Of a stretch of DNA of 48,612 bases, positions 48,362 to 48,612 are shown piece by piece. The notes beneath the pieces are model-generated. The model was not told the origin of the DNA. It searched no databases and saw nothing but the letters and a program-made list of their open reading frames with translations. The DNA lies in contig JBDRAV010000015.1 of assembly GCA_043823435.1 (NCBI GenBank), forward strand, positions 1-48,612. Reading direction: 5' to 3'. This stretch comes from Candidatus Omnitrophota bacterium. GTDB lineage: Bacteria; Omnitrophota; Gorgyraeia; Gygaellales; Profunditerraquicolaceae. Numbering within the stretch: position 1 is the stretch's first letter; each line of letters starts with the position of its first letter. A program made the position numbers and the translations under genes.

Positions 48362-48612
48362 ATGGCCCTTTCAAGAGAAAAACTACCGGTTAAGACCTTT
48401 CAAGCCTTATTCCCCGTAATCTACGGAGCCTGCTTTTATTCCTGGATCATAATCTCAGAGAAGATCTTACGCAACCTGAAATGCCCGGGTTACGTCCCGT
48501 ATCTTTTCTTCCTGCCCATTGTTGCAATGGAGCTCTGGTCAACATATTATTTCCTGCCTCAAGAAAAGGCTCGAAAGGTTAAGGGCAATTTAAAGGCATT
48601 TGTAACCGGCAC
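48362..48612 (+). CDS. Hypothetical membrane protein (runs off the right edge)
   Basis: Open frame MALSREKLPVKTFQALFPVIYGACFYSWIII... with hydrophobic segments, downstream of a good promoter. Confidence 0.55.
   Translation, partial: MALSREKLPVKTFQALFPVIYGACFYSWIIISEKILRNLKCPGYVPYLFFLPIVAMELWSTYYFLPQEKARKVKGNLKAFVTG

Overview
Bacterial chromosomal window, about 40 CDS and almost all on the minus strand. Gene content and style suggest Ca. Omnitrophota (OP3) or another PVC-type lineage; this is inference only. From left to right: (1) a lipid uptake/export cluster (DUF1302 barrel, LolA-like protein, MMPL/RND, acyl-CoA ligase); (2) an osmostress operon mscS-yggT-otsA-otsB-DUF5752-treT behind an apparent leader-peptide attenuator; (3) a MarR-TolC-MFP-RND efflux operon; (4) padR, accA and an L,D-transpeptidase; (5) yifB/comM followed by a variable surface-modification region (two SGNH-like proteins split by TPR arrays, a TMTC-like glycosyltransferase, several paralog remnants, a cation-chloride cotransporter, SGNH, ArnT-like GT); (6) folE-mnmE-folC (split)-purH; (7) a P-loop-less YchF-like protein, an atypical EF-G, KamA and two Ddl-like ATP-grasp ligases; (8) an O-antigen ligase-like gene and remnants. 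No rRNA, tRNA, CRISPR array, integrase or transposase was seen. The strongest unexplained signals are: a repeated [yifB 3' half + convergent SGNH-TPR gene] unit suggesting cassette accretion at the comM Walker A site; a modular, shuffled TPR array; the mscS attenuator; the ATP-grasp/KamA module; and several families of small palindromic or tandem-repeat elements inserted into or between housekeeping genes.
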